64,000 nucleotides of DNA, from positions 480,001 through 544,000 of the forward strand of contig JBDHZC010000001.1 of the NCBI GenBank assembly GCA_039811685.1, given 5' to 3'. Of the stretch, positions 1 to 10,025 are shown piece by piece. The notes under the pieces are model-generated. The model saw nothing but the letters and a program-made list of their open reading frames with translations. It was not told where the DNA came from and did not search any database. The first letter of the stretch is position 1, and every line of letters starts with the position of its first letter. Origin of the DNA: Armatimonadota bacterium (GTDB lineage Bacteria; Armatimonadota; UBA5829; DSUL01). Made by a program: the position numbers and the translations under genes.

Positions 1-1
1 G

Positions 2-1153
2 CTTCGAGAGCCTCCTTCCACAGTTCAGGACTTTGATCTCCGGAGTATATTGCGTCACCTGCGCTCGTGGCAGGAGTGTGAGACACATTTTCTCGCAACG
101 GATCTGGAATTGGCTGCCGGTTTTGACTGTGAAGTGAGCCGACCCGGTGCGTCCTTCACGAAGTGGGATGGTAGACTCACGCTTGACGAGAATCGGCCGC
201 AACCAATAGAGGGTGTGCTGTCTGCCACAACTCTGGAGCGATATGCTCGGTGTCCATTTCAGTTCTTCTTACAAGACATCTTGCACGTGGAGGAAACAGC
301 CACGCCTGAGGAGATTGATATTATCGATCCGCTGGTGCGCGGGACGATCTACCACACAGCCCTGCAGAGATTCTTCTCCTCCAATACTGGCCGGGGATGT
401 GATGATCCGTGGAGTGAGACAGACAAGGCGCAAATGCGCTCTATCGTTGAACAGCTTCTGGATCAGACTGAAACAGATGGCGTCGTTTCCACAGGACCGC
501 AGTGGACCTGGATGCGCGAGCAGATCAGCGAGGACCTGATGCGCGCGTTGGATCTGGACTCAGAGTACCGTAAATCCGAACGCATGGCACCCTGGAAGTT
601 CGAGCATTCGTTCGGCAGAGATGGATCAATCACAATACAGCTCGATGATGGAGCTTTGAAACTGCAAGGCCGCATCGACCGAATTGACCGCCGCGAGGAC
701 AATGGTCACCTGCACATAATCGACTATAAATCTGGAAGCGGGCAGCAAAAGAGGACACTGTGCGAGGACCTTGACCAGGGACGCTTACTACAGGTTGCGC
801 TGTACGCCCGCGTTCTGGCAGACATTTTCAATGTGGACGCAGAGGGCGAGTACTGGTATCTGCGCAATGACGCGAATGTCAAACGAGTGCGCATACCGGC
901 CACGCCGGAGACACAGACCCTTCTTATGGACATTCTGCGTGTCGTCAGTGCCGGCATGGACAACGGAATTTTCATTTCCAATCCCGGCGCACCAGATCAA
1001 GGCAGCTATGTGAACTGTGCCAACTGCGCCTTCAACCGCGTATGTCCATCGGAGCGCAGGCGTCTTTGGCAACGAAAGAAATCGGACGAAGCGGTCAAAG
1101 ACTACGCGAACATCGCTGAGCCAGCTGTTGACGAAGTGGACGGTGAACAATGA
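2..1153 (+). CDS. addB: AddB/RexB-like PD-(D/E)XK nuclease subunit, 5' partial
   Basis: Frame is open from base 2. LSATTLERYARCPFQFF, GRIDRID...IIDYKSG nuclease motifs, Q-x-x-L-Y motif, C-terminal CANCAFNRVC Fe-S staple cysteines. ATGA overlap with the UvrD-family gene. Confidence 0.85.
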   Translation, partial: LREPPSTVQDFDLRSILRHLRSWQECETHFLATDLELAAGFDCEVSRPGASFTKWDGRLTLDENRPQPIEGVLSATTLERYARCPFQFFLQDILHVEETATPEEIDIIDPLVRGTIYHTALQRFFSSNTGRGCDDPWSETDKAQMRSIVEQLLDQTETDGVVSTGPQWTWMREQISEDLMRALDLDSEYRKSERMAPWKFEHSFGRDGSITIQLDDGALKLQGRIDRIDRREDNGHLHIIDYKSGSGQQKRTLCEDLDQGRLLQVALYARVLADIFNVDAEGEYWYLRNDANVKRVRIPATPETQTLLMDILRVVSAGMDNGIFISNPGAPDQGSYVNCANCAFNRVCPSERRRLWQRKKSDEAVKDYANIAEPAVDEVDGEQ

Positions 1154-4100
1154 ACTCCTGGACACCGCCACCAGATCAACAACAGCGTGATACCGTTGAG
1201 ACACAGCTTGACGCGACACTGTTTGTGGAAGCGGGAGCTGGAACAGGAAAAACGACAGCTTTGGTGAAGCGTATAGTCGCGCTCATCTCCTCAGGCACCC
1301 CCGTGAACGAAATTGCTGCGACCACCTTCACGGAGAAGGCCGCCGCTGAGATGAAGGAGCGCGTGCGCAACGAACTTGCAAGGCGCGCTGAAGACCAGGA
1401 CTCCTCCGAGGATATCCGGCGGAGATGTTTTGTTGCCGCTCAGGACCTGGACTCCGCGGTTATAGAGACTCTGCACGGGTTCGCCCGGCGCATTCTCGCG
1501 CTGTACCCTTTGGAGGCCGGGCTGCCTCCCGGCTTTGAGATTCTGGATGAAATCCAGGGGCAGATTGCTTTTGAAGACCAGTGGAGTCTGATACTGGAGG
1601 AGATGCTGGCGGACGAGGCCTTGCAGGAGGCTCTACAGAGAAGTCTGCGCTTAGGGCTAAGAGTCAAGCTTCTGAAAGAGCTTGCGTTACGATTTCATCA
1701 GAACTGGGACAGAATCAGTGAGCATTCGTTAGACCGCCATCCTGACCTCTCAGAGCTTTTCGATCGGTTTGAGAAATGTCTCGACTCTGTGTGTGCTCTT
1801 CTCAAGTATTGCACGGAACCAGAAGACAGACTCGCAAAGGAGATCGAGAAGCAGAATGCCTTGCGTCGAGAGTTTCGCTCTCACAGCGAAGTCTGGCCAA
1901 AGCTAAAGATTCTGTTGAACTATCGGCGACCCGCTTTGAACGCTGGTTCGCAAAAGAATTGGAAAATTGAGAAAGCGCAGATAAAAGAAGAGTGCGAAAA
2001 CGCGGAGGCGCAGGCAACGGAACTTCAAGAGCAGGCTCGGATGGGGATTGCCGCGCCACTTGTGAAATACCTGCTTCGCAAGACGCTTGATTACGCCGAT
2101 CAGCGCAAATGTTCCGGGCGGCTTGAGTTTCACGACTTGCTGGTTCTTGCCGTCCGCCTCCTGCGAGAGAATTCTGAAGTGCGCCAGGCCCTTCACCACC
2201 GGTGGAGTTGTCTGTTGATTGATGAGTATCAGGATACAGATCCGCTCCAGATTGAAATCGCCAGTCTTATCACTCACGACCCGCGCACCCCTCTTTCTTC
2301 GGAATGGCACTGGACTCAGGCGCAGGTTCCCGCCGGAAGGCTTCTGTTTGTCGGCGATCCCAAGCAGTCGATCTATCGCTTCCGCAGGGCAGATGTTGGG
2401 CTCTTTCACCGTACGCAGGAGACAGTCGGTAGCGGGTGTCTCGAGTTGACGACAAATTTCCGTTCGCACGAACACATCATCCACTGGGTGAACAGTGTGT
2501 TCAAGCGTGTGCTTGGCGAAGGCCAGGATAATGAGTATTCGCCGCTGCAACCAGGACGCGCAGACAACCTGCCCGGATCGGGCCAGATATATCTGCTCGG
2601 AACAGAGATGGACTCCTCGGCCGATAAGATCCGCGAGTATGAGGCGGAGGATGTAGTCAGAGTTATTAGCCAGGCCATGTCGGATAAGTGGCCTGTTGCG
2701 GTAACTGACGAGGCAGGTGAGTGGGCGCTCCGCGATCCGAGACTATCTGATGTCGCCATCCTCCTGCCCACCAGAACCTCCCTTCCAACGCTGGAAGCAG
2801 CGCTGCAGAACGCTGATCTGCCGTATCGCCTGGAAAGCCAGAGTCTTGTGTACAACTCCTCTGAGGTCCGGGAGTGTCTCGCTATTCTGCGCGCAGTTGA
2901 CGATCCGTCCGACCAGGTCAGTCTTATAGCCGCGCTGCGCGCTTCCGCGCTCGCTTGCACAGATCAGGATCTCTGGGAGTTCAAATCCCAGGGCGGACAG
3001 TGGGACTTCTTACGAACTCAGTCGCCACCGGTTATTGATCTGAAGGTGGCTAAGGCGATGGCGACGCTGGCCAAATACCACCATATGCGCCTTGGAATGA
3101 CCCCCAGCGCCTTGTTGACCACAATTGTTCGTGACCTCCGTATGATGGAGCTGGCGAGCGCTCGCCGACGTCCACGCGAGAGCTGGCGTCGAATTCGATT
3201 CTTGATCGAGCGTGCGCAGACATTCGTTGCGGCTACAGGTGGGACACTGAGGCAGTTTCTCAGATGGTGTGAGCTTCAGGCTGACAGCGACGCTCGCGTG
3301 AGTGAGAGTATTCTCCCGGAGACAGATGACGACGCAGTGCGCGTCCTGACTATTCATGCGGCGAAAGGTCTGGAGTTTCCTATTGTTATTCTGAGTGGGA
3401 TGAGCGCGGGGTCCAGAAAGGCAGACTCTGTGCGGGTACTGTGGGACGAAGAAAACCAACTCGGGCTGAAGTTTGGATCAAAAAGCGCCCAGACATGTTT
3501 TCGCACGGCTGGTATGGCAGAGTTGGAGAGAGAGGACGCCGAGCAGGATGAAGCGGAGAAAAATCGCTTGCTCTACGTGGCGGCCACCCGCGCCCGAGAC
3601 CATCTCGCTGTCAGCCTCTATCACAAGAAATCCACGGACACCGCCGGTCTTGGAAAGCGGCTTTATGATGCGTGCGAAGATCGCGAAGAACGAAGGCTGC
3701 CTGCAGTCGTTGCTCTCACACCGCCTGTCCCGAAACTGCCAAGTGAGACACCGGTAGACAGCATCGAAGAGCGAAGTAAATGGATTGAAGAGCGCGCCAG
3801 ACTTCTGGAGATGCGATCAAGCATGAGACTTTGCGCAGCCACAACCGTCGCGCGAGAGATGTCCACCACGACTGAATTTTCAGAAGAGGATACCGAGCCA
3901 AACATCGAGAGTGCGTTTACACTCGGAAGCCACAGGCGTTCCGGAACCACTACAGGCCGCGCCGTGCATGCGGTGTTGCAGAGTATCAATCTAACAGATC
4001 CCGCAGGTCTTGTGGGCACAGCGGAGGCCCAGGCGCGAGCAGAGGGACTTACCAGCCCGGACGACATTCGCCGAGTCCGCGCGCTCACTCAGAAGGCGCT

Positions 4101-4515
4101 CGCCTCCGACAGCGTGCAGGCAGCAATCAGGGGTGAGGGCGGATACTGGCGTGAGGTTTTTGTCTCAGCGGAGGTGGAAGGAACGCTACTGGAAGGGTTC
4201 ATTGACCTGCTCTACCAGACTCCCGACGGGGCCTACCACATTGTTGACTACAAGACTGATACAGCAGCTCATCTGTCTGAAGAGGAGCTCCTCCAGCGCT
4301 ACGCCCCACAGGGATGCAGCTATGCTCTTGCGTTTGAAGCCTGTATGGGCTGCGTGGTCTCGGACGTCGTGTTTCTGTTCTTGAGTCACTCTCCCGCGCT
4401 GGAAATGCCGGTGAGCAATCTGGAACAAGGCAAGGAACGCGTGCGCGCTTATCTCAGAGATCGCAACCTCCGCGACCACAGCAGCTCTTCAGGTTTTCCA
4501 GGCGCTGCCGTGTGA
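1150..4515 (+). CDS. addA: AddA/RecB-like ATP-dependent helicase-nuclease (UvrD family plus C-terminal nuclease)
   Basis: AGAGTGKT Walker A, TFTEKAA, IDEYQD, VGDPKQSIYRFR, TIHAAKGLEF, LLYVAATRARD; C-terminal GFIDLL..IVDYKT nuclease. Confidence 0.9.
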   Translation: MNSWTPPPDQQQRDTVETQLDATLFVEAGAGTGKTTALVKRIVALISSGTPVNEIAATTFTEKAAAEMKERVRNELARRAEDQDSSEDIRRRCFVAAQDLDSAVIETLHGFARRILALYPLEAGLPPGFEILDEIQGQIAFEDQWSLILEEMLADEALQEALQRSLRLGLRVKLLKELALRFHQNWDRISEHSLDRHPDLSELFDRFEKCLDSVCALLKYCTEPEDRLAKEIEKQNALRREFRSHSEVWPKLKILLNYRRPALNAGSQKNWKIEKAQIKEECENAEAQATELQEQARMGIAAPLVKYLLRKTLDYADQRKCSGRLEFHDLLVLAVRLLRENSEVRQALHHRWSCLLIDEYQDTDPLQIEIASLITHDPRTPLSSEWHWTQAQVPAGRLLFVGDPKQSIYRFRRADVGLFHRTQETVGSGCLELTTNFRSHEHIIHWVNSVFKRVLGEGQDNEYSPLQPGRADNLPGSGQIYLLGTEMDSSADKIREYEAEDVVRVISQAMSDKWPVAVTDEAGEWALRDPRLSDVAILLPTRTSLPTLEAALQNADLPYRLESQSLVYNSSEVRECLAILRAVDDPSDQVSLIAALRASALACTDQDLWEFKSQGGQWDFLRTQSPPVIDLKVAKAMATLAKYHHMRLGMTPSALLTTIVRDLRMMELASARRRPRESWRRIRFLIERAQTFVAATGGTLRQFLRWCELQADSDARVSESILPETDDDAVRVLTIHAAKGLEFPIVILSGMSAGSRKADSVRVLWDEENQLGLKFGSKSAQTCFRTAGMAELEREDAEQDEAEKNRLLYVAATRARDHLAVSLYHKKSTDTAGLGKRLYDACEDREERRLPAVVALTPPVPKLPSETPVDSIEERSKWIEERARLLEMRSSMRLCAATTVAREMSTTTEFSEEDTEPNIESAFTLGSHRRSGTTTGRAVHAVLQSINLTDPAGLVGTAEAQARAEGLTSPDDIRRVRALTQKALASDSVQAAIRGEGGYWREVFVSAEVEGTLLEGFIDLLYQTPDGAYHIVDYKTDTAAHLSEEELLQRYAPQGCSYALAFEACMGCVVSDVVFLFLSHSPALEMPVSNLEQGKERVRAYLRDRNLRDHSSSSGFPGAAV

Positions 4516-4695
4516 GTAACTGCTCAATTACGCCGTGAGCTTGACGGGTAACATAGTCCAGGGTCCACGGCCTGATGTCAGCAGAAACACGAGAAAACCG
4601 AGCGCTTGTTGACAACTCTCCATGCGTTCCTTTTTACTGTGCATACGCCCGCTGGCGATTCCGGGCGCAGGAAGTGGAAGGTGTTCTTGACTAGG

Positions 4696-5331
4696 ATGAC
4701 TCTTGGAACTGGGGCAGTGAGTGGCGGCTCGCGAACGTTGTTTGTTCCGCGCACACTTGCTGAGACAGTGTCGGCAGTGGCAGCAGGAGCGCTCACTGTA
4801 GCTCTGCTCTCGCAACGCATTGATTTGGGATTTACACCAGTCCCAGTCACGCTCCAGACGCTTGGAATCCTGCTGGTGTCCTACACTCTCGGGGCAAGAC
4901 TGGCGGCTGCTTCGCTGCTCACGTATCTGCTGGCTGGCGCGGCCGGCGCACCGGTATTCAGTGGGTTTGCTGGCGGCCTTCCTTATCTTCTAAGCTCTGG
5001 ACAGGGGCTTGTGGCGCCCACAGTGGGCTATCTCTTGGCGTTTCCTGTCGCTGCCCATCTCGCGGGTGGGCTCTGGGAGGATCGACGCAGCGCCAGTTTC
5101 AGCTATGCATGGCTTACAGGCGCGCTGGCTATCGGATATATCTACCTCGGCGGCTTCGCGTGGCATGCGATCCAGCGCGTCAGTACACTCGGGTTAGGAC
5201 CGGGCCTCAAGCTGGCGCTCGTACAGACGGTGTGGCCGTTTCTGCTGCTGGATATGGCAAAGGCTGCAATTGCCGCAGCAATCGCAGTCGGACTTTTCAA
5301 AAGGAGATGTCGGCTGACGCCCGCCGCTTGA
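4696..5331 (+). CDS. bioY: Biotin transporter BioY
   Basis: PVPVTLQTL, YLLAGAAGAPVFSG, PTVGYLLAFP motifs, hydrophobic. Start placed at ATG 4696; the ORF track extends to 4606. Confidence 0.85.
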   Translation: MTLGTGAVSGGSRTLFVPRTLAETVSAVAAGALTVALLSQRIDLGFTPVPVTLQTLGILLVSYTLGARLAAASLLTYLLAGAAGAPVFSGFAGGLPYLLSSGQGLVAPTVGYLLAFPVAAHLAGGLWEDRRSASFSYAWLTGALAIGYIYLGGFAWHAIQRVSTLGLGPGLKLALVQTVWPFLLLDMAKAAIAAAIAVGLFKRRCRLTPAA

Positions 5332-5352
5332 GCGTAGCCGCCCGTAAGACAC

Positions 5353-5742
5353 GTGTGGCAAAGGACATTGTGGGTAGGATTTGGCGGGTTTCTCGGCGCT
5401 AACGCGCGCTACTGGCTGGGCGGTTGGGTCGCCGGACGTCTCGGCGCTCAGTTCCCCTACTCCACCCTGATCATCAACGTGTCAGGCTCTTTTCTCCTGG
5501 GTCTTTTCGTGACCCTGTTCGGATTCTTCTCGTGGCGTCCGCAGTCTCAATGGACAGTGGCAATTGGGTTTCTTGGAGCGTACACCACCTTCTCCACCTA
5601 CGAACTGGAAAGCCTGACGCTCCTTCGCGAAGGCAGCCCTCTCCTGGCTTTTGCCAATCTCTTTGGAAGTCTGCTGGCCGGGTTAGTTGCGGCGTGGCTG
5701 GGCGTCGTGACCGGCAGACTCTTTACCGGGGGAATATCGTGA
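5353..5742 (+). CDS. crcB: Fluoride efflux channel CrcB/FluC
   Basis: GGFLGANARY, FPYSTLIINVSGSF, GFLGAYTTFSTY motifs; 4 TM; 129 aa. Confidence 0.93.
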   Translation: MWQRTLWVGFGGFLGANARYWLGGWVAGRLGAQFPYSTLIINVSGSFLLGLFVTLFGFFSWRPQSQWTVAIGFLGAYTTFSTYELESLTLLREGSPLLAFANLFGSLLAGLVAAWLGVVTGRLFTGGIS

Positions 5743-6098
5743 AGATCGTGGGGACAGCGAAGGCTGTTCGTATCTACATCGGCGATTCGGACACGTGGCG
5801 TGGCCGCCCGCTCCACACGGCCATTGTGGAGATGGCGCGTAAAGAGGGTCTGGCAGGTGCGACTGTGATCAAGGGGTTCGAGGGCTTTGGCGCACACAGC
5901 CATCTGCACACAGCCAACATTTTGCGCTTGTCGGAAGATCTCCCAGTACTGGTGGAGATTGTGGATATTGAGGAGCGCATCCGCGCATTCCTGCCTCAGC
6001 TTGACGGAATGGTCAATGAAGGACTGATCACGATTGAAGATGTCGAGGTTGTGAAGTACGTCGCGGACCCTCCTGATCAAACTCACCGCGACGGGTAG
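5739..6098 (+). CDS. DUF190 family PII-like protein
   Basis: RIYIG.SD, GLAGATV.KG.EGFG, LSEDLP..VEIVD motifs. GTG start overlaps the crcB stop (GTGA); this family is a common crcB neighbour. Confidence 0.85.
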   Translation: MKIVGTAKAVRIYIGDSDTWRGRPLHTAIVEMARKEGLAGATVIKGFEGFGAHSHLHTANILRLSEDLPVLVEIVDIEERIRAFLPQLDGMVNEGLITIEDVEVVKYVADPPDQTHRDG

Positions 6099-6231
6099 TT
6101 CAACTCACCTGCGGCCTGTCCGAATAACCTGGGATTTGCCTGCATCCTTGGGTGAACTGGCTAATCTGAGCCGAGACACTCGCCCTCCGCCCCCAGATAA
6201 TCTGCCTCCACAAAGGTGTGTGTCACTTATA

Positions 6232-6642
6232 TCAGTCGCGATCGAAAGCTGTTGCGTCAGCTCCGGCCTGCGACGGCGCCTGATGGCTTTGGCGAATGCG
6301 GCGACGGCTTTTGGCGGACTGAGCAGCACCGTCCCCGCGGTAGCCTGCAGACTCCAGCCAGAATGCGACAACCCCCAGCACGACCAGTAAAACACCGACC
6401 ATACCCGCAGCGCGCCCGGGTAGCCACCGGGCAGCCGAATGCGAAACTGAAGCGATGAGAAACTGCCAAACAAAGAACATGCCCGCCATACTCCACACCG
6501 CTAGAGACGGGCGCAAACGTACGTCGATCTTATTCTTTGTTCGATGCGCTGTTCTTCTGCGCTTGAGCAACCCTTTCACTGAAGGATTGCGCCGTTTGGA
6601 GGAAGACTTTCTGCGCCGAGTTGCGCTGCTCGTGCGGCTCAC
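6232..6642 (-). CDS. Hypothetical small membrane protein (basic N-terminus, two predicted TM segments)
   Basis: ATGA overlap with the pcm stop; two hydrophobic stretches; no recognisable family. Confidence 0.5.
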   Translation of the reverse strand: MSRTSSATRRRKSSSKRRNPSVKGLLKRRRTAHRTKNKIDVRLRPSLAVWSMAGMFFVWQFLIASVSHSAARWLPGRAAGMVGVLLVVLGVVAFWLESAGYRGDGAAQSAKSRRRIRQSHQAPSQAGADATAFDRD

Positions 6643-7340
6643 TGACGCATCTCAGAAGAGCTCCAACCCTCTTCACCCAACAGTGGAACAAAAACGCAGG
6701 TCTCCGTGGACTCCTCTTCAAACCGGTCAAGTCTGCGCCGTACGATAACTGTTCGCTGAACTTCCAAAGAGCCAACAGGCAGAATCATCCGTCCTCCATT
6801 GCGAAGCTGCTGCTTCAGAGGCTCGGGAATATGAGGGGCGGCGCACGCGGCGATAATTCGATCGTATGGAGCGCTTTCTGGCCATCCGAGCGAACCGTCA
6901 CCATATTCTACGCGCACATTCGCAGAGCCGCACGCGGCAAGATTTGCGCGCGCCACGTCCACGAGAGGCTCCAGGCGCTCAACTGTCACAACTGACCTGG
7001 CCAAAACACCAAGCAGTGCCGCCTGATAGCCCGAACCCGCTCCGATCTCCAGGACATGGTGGTGTGGCTGGACATCAAGGGCCTGAAGCATGAGGCCAAT
7101 CATCAGGGGCTGCGAGATACTTTGCCCACAGGCTATAGGCAGAGCGGCATTGTCATAGGCTTTGTGCCGATCCTGCTCGGGCAGGAAAAGCTCGCGAGGC
7201 ACGCGACGGAGAGCATTCAGCACGCGCTGGTCTGTGACGCCGCGCGGAATCAGCGCATGGCGAATGAGCGCCTCAACATGCTCGTAATGACAGTCCTCAG
7301 AGTTGTCCAATCCCAAAGCTGCGCCCCCTGAAAAACTCAA
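6639..7340 (-). CDS. pcm: Protein-L-isoaspartate O-methyltransferase
   Basis: VPRELF, AY.N.ALPI..GQSISQP, VLEIGAGSGYQAA, GDGSLGWPE.APYDRII, FVPL. The true start may be TTG at 7310. Confidence 0.93.
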   Translation of the reverse strand: MSFSGGAALGLDNSEDCHYEHVEALIRHALIPRGVTDQRVLNALRRVPRELFLPEQDRHKAYDNAALPIACGQSISQPLMIGLMLQALDVQPHHHVLEIGAGSGYQAALLGVLARSVVTVERLEPLVDVARANLAACGSANVRVEYGDGSLGWPESAPYDRIIAACAAPHIPEPLKQQLRNGGRMILPVGSLEVQRTVIVRRRLDRFEEESTETCVFVPLLGEEGWSSSEMRQ

Positions 7341-8295
7341 CCATATCCGCCATAGGTTGCGGCATCTCTACCTCAAACGACAGGGCCGCCCCGGTCAATG
7401 GGTGCTTCAAAGCCAGAGACTTTGCGTGCAACGCCTGCCCATCAAGAGCTTCCAGAAGCCTTCGAAAGCGCTCTGAGTCCTGCGATCCTGGCTTACCCGG
7501 AAGTCTCTGCCTGGCGTGGTACGTTGCATCACCTACAATACCGTGCCCTGCATAGGCACAGTGTACGCGAATCTGATGGGTACGGCCGGTAGAAAGCTTG
7601 GCCTCCAGAAGTGTCGCCTCTGAGAATCGCTCCTGCACCACAAGCTCGGTCAGCGCCTCTCGCGCTTTGTCCGGACCCTGCGCCGCCAGAACGGCCATCT
7701 TCTCCGGATGACGCGGATCACGGCCAATAGCGGCGTCCACAAGCGCTCGATTGAAGCGAGGACTGCCCCATACCAGAGCCTGATACCGCCGCTCCACTTT
7801 TCGCTCCGCAATCAACTCGGACAACGCCGTCATCGACTCTGCGGATAAAGCAACCAGCAGAAGTCCTGATGTGTCCTTGTCAAGCCGATGGACTATACCG
7901 GGCCGTCCGGGGTCTGATCCTTCCGGGAGATGTCTGAAGCGAGCTGCGAGGATATTGACAAGGGTGCCGCTTGATCGGCCAGCTCCGGGGTGTACAGCAA
8001 GTCCACGCGGCTTGTTGACCACTGCGAGGTGCTGATCTTCATAGATAATCTCCAGATCTGCATCTTCAGCAGCGGTGTTTCCGGCATCCTCAAACGCAAT
8101 TTCGCCTTCCACTACGCTTTGCGCGGCCACAGGAGTGCGTGAAGGCGCGATTTGCGCATTGAGCCTCACGTGTCCGGCGGCGATGAGTCTCTGAACGCGC
8201 GCGCGAGAGAGGCCATCCAGACGGGATGTCACCACTACGTCCAGCCGCTGCCCGGCCTCTTCTGGCTGGACAACAAAGCGAAAGTTCTCAGGCAT
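7297..8295 (-). CDS. rluD: RluA/RluD family 23S rRNA pseudouridine synthase with S4 domain
   Basis: N-terminal S4 (RLD...SR..VQRLI..G.V), VNKPRGL.VHP, GIVHRLDKDTSG, TGRTHQIRVH, QALHA. Confidence 0.92.
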   Translation of the reverse strand: MPENFRFVVQPEEAGQRLDVVVTSRLDGLSRARVQRLIAAGHVRLNAQIAPSRTPVAAQSVVEGEIAFEDAGNTAAEDADLEIIYEDQHLAVVNKPRGLAVHPGAGRSSGTLVNILAARFRHLPEGSDPGRPGIVHRLDKDTSGLLLVALSAESMTALSELIAERKVERRYQALVWGSPRFNRALVDAAIGRDPRHPEKMAVLAAQGPDKAREALTELVVQERFSEATLLEAKLSTGRTHQIRVHCAYAGHGIVGDATYHARQRLPGKPGSQDSERFRRLLEALDGQALHAKSLALKHPLTGAALSFEVEMPQPMADMVEFFRGRSFGIGQL

Positions 8296-9058
8296 GCGCG
8301 GGCGCTCTCTTTCGCCCGACGACAACGTACAACGCCACCCCTGCTGCAACCAGAAGCATACTGACAAACTGCGCTTGTGTCACAGGCCCCCAAAGGGTCT
8401 CGGCAGTCACTCCACGACGGAAGTTTTCCATCCAGAACCGTTCAAGGCTTGACAGGATAAGCCAGAGCGCAAACAAGCGTCCCGGCCGCAGATCGCGCCG
8501 CTCCAGCAGCACAAGAATGCCAAATATGCACAGACTGACAGCACTGGAATAAAGCTGAACCGGATGAGAAGGCACAGTCAGGGCATCCCCTCCATCCGCA
8601 TGAAAGCGAACCGCCCAGGGGAGAGAGCAGGCAGCGCCGTAACAGCATCCGTTCAGGAAACATCCGATGCGGGCGATTCCGTAGCTGAGGGCAATAGTTG
8701 GCGCAGAGAGGTCTGCCAGCCGTGGGATGCTGACGTTATGTCGAATAGCCCAGATCAGTCCGGCAATTCCACCAAAGGCAAGCCCGCCAAAAAATGTCAG
8801 TCCACCGTCCCAGACGTACAGAATACTGGCAGGTTGCAGCGCGTACTCTCGAAAGTTCAAAGCCGCGTAAGTCAGACGCGCGCCTGCCAGCCCGATGAGC
8901 ACAACAAGGAGGCCAATATCCAGCGTCTGTGCTTCGGTAATACCTGCGCGCTTCGCGTTGCGAGCGGCACGCCAGATACCCAGAGCACAGCCCAGCGCCA
9001 GCATGGATCCGTAGCTGTGAAGCGCAAGGCCGCCAAATCTAAACAGTACAGGATGCAT
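8288..9058 (-). CDS. lgt: Prolipoprotein diacylglyceryl transferase
   Basis: HSYG, GARL.Y, W.GGLTFFGG, RIGCFLNGCCYG, HPVQLY, RF..ENFR. Confidence 0.93.
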   Translation of the reverse strand: MHPVLFRFGGLALHSYGSMLALGCALGIWRAARNAKRAGITEAQTLDIGLLVVLIGLAGARLTYAALNFREYALQPASILYVWDGGLTFFGGLAFGGIAGLIWAIRHNVSIPRLADLSAPTIALSYGIARIGCFLNGCCYGAACSLPWAVRFHADGGDALTVPSHPVQLYSSAVSLCIFGILVLLERRDLRPGRLFALWLILSSLERFWMENFRRGVTAETLWGPVTQAQFVSMLLVAAGVALYVVVGRKRAPAHA

Positions 9059-10025
9059 TTGACTCCGAACCCGCCCTTTGCCTCACAAGCCCGTGGTACA
9101 ACAGGCCGGCAGTTCCCAGGGTAATCATTACATCAGCGAAATTGAACAGTGGGAAACGCGTGACGGGAAAAACCTCAATATAGTCTATTACTCCTTGACG
9201 AAAAATCCTGTCCACTAAGTTGCCTACAGCGCCGCCCATTATCACGGACAAAGAGAGCAACAGAAACGGATCTCGTTCTTCGCGCACCAGCCGGTAGCCA
9301 GCATAGATCATCAGCACGGTGATAAAGGCAAGCATAGGGCCGAGCGACTGGAACAGGCCAAACGCCGCACCGGTGTTCTGGATGACGTGAAACGACAGCA
9401 CACCGGGTACAACTACTTGCTGAGCGCCATCCAGTCCCAGAGAGTAGAGCACAAGAGCCTTGAGCGCCTGGTCAACGAAAGCGATCGCGACTGCGAGCGA
9501 GACGGGCGACGCCTGGCTTCCGAGCGGAGCGACGAGAAGCGCTGTCAGACTGAAGACCGCATATGCCCAGAAACCAATCTGAAGTATGCCAGTAAAGTTT
9601 ACGTGAATACCAAGAACAGTTACGGAGCTCATAGAAGCGTAAAGCCAGCCTGCCACAAGCACGCCGCTGAGACCAGCAACACCCAGCATAAGTGCTCGAC
9701 GACCTGACCACGCAATACTTACCAGAGCGAGTCCGAGAGTCAGCGGAGGGAGCATGAACGGAACAAAACTCCGACCCGTGTACCGCTCAATCCGGCTGAG
9801 TTTGGCGAGAATGTTCCAGTAGTTGAGAGTGTTATGTGTTCCACTAAACGGCAGTGCCAGCCATGGCGAGAACAGCGCAAACAGTAGCGCACATGCAAAA
9901 ACGATGCAGACCACAGCATTCTGGCGACTGCAAACGCTGCCTGCTCTCTCTGGCCCCCCGCTCTGCGACTCCGCTGGAAAGCCTGAACTCACGTTATCAA
10001 CTGACTTGAGAAAATCAGAGGCCAT
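9039..10025 (-). CDS. lspA: Lipoprotein signal peptidase II with extra N-terminal membrane domain
   Basis: C-terminal half has DQALK, NTGAAFG, GGAVGNLVDRI, VIDYI, FNFAD. About 170 extra N-terminal residues carry several hydrophobic segments. Confidence 0.88.
   Translation of the reverse strand: MASDFLKSVDNVSSGFPAESQSGGPERAGSVCSRQNAVVCIVFACALLFALFSPWLALPFSGTHNTLNYWNILAKLSRIERYTGRSFVPFMLPPLTLGLALVSIAWSGRRALMLGVAGLSGVLVAGWLYASMSSVTVLGIHVNFTGILQIGFWAYAVFSLTALLVAPLGSQASPVSLAVAIAFVDQALKALVLYSLGLDGAQQVVVPGVLSFHVIQNTGAAFGLFQSLGPMLAFITVLMIYAGYRLVREERDPFLLLSLSVIMGGAVGNLVDRIFRQGVIDYIEVFPVTRFPLFNFADVMITLGTAGLLYHGLVRQRAGSESNASCTV

Noticed and set aside
2..1153. Cas4 or defence-system nuclease
   Set aside because: The four-Cys PD-(D/E)XK domain is the end of a longer gene coupled to an AddA-type helicase, the ordinary AddAB arrangement.
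4516..4695. Fluoride riboswitch, BirA operator or sigma70 promoter upstream of bioY-crcB
   Set aside because: No riboswitch pseudoknot consensus and no TGTAAAC-N-GTTTACA palindrome; the TTGACA at 4609 has no well-spaced -10.
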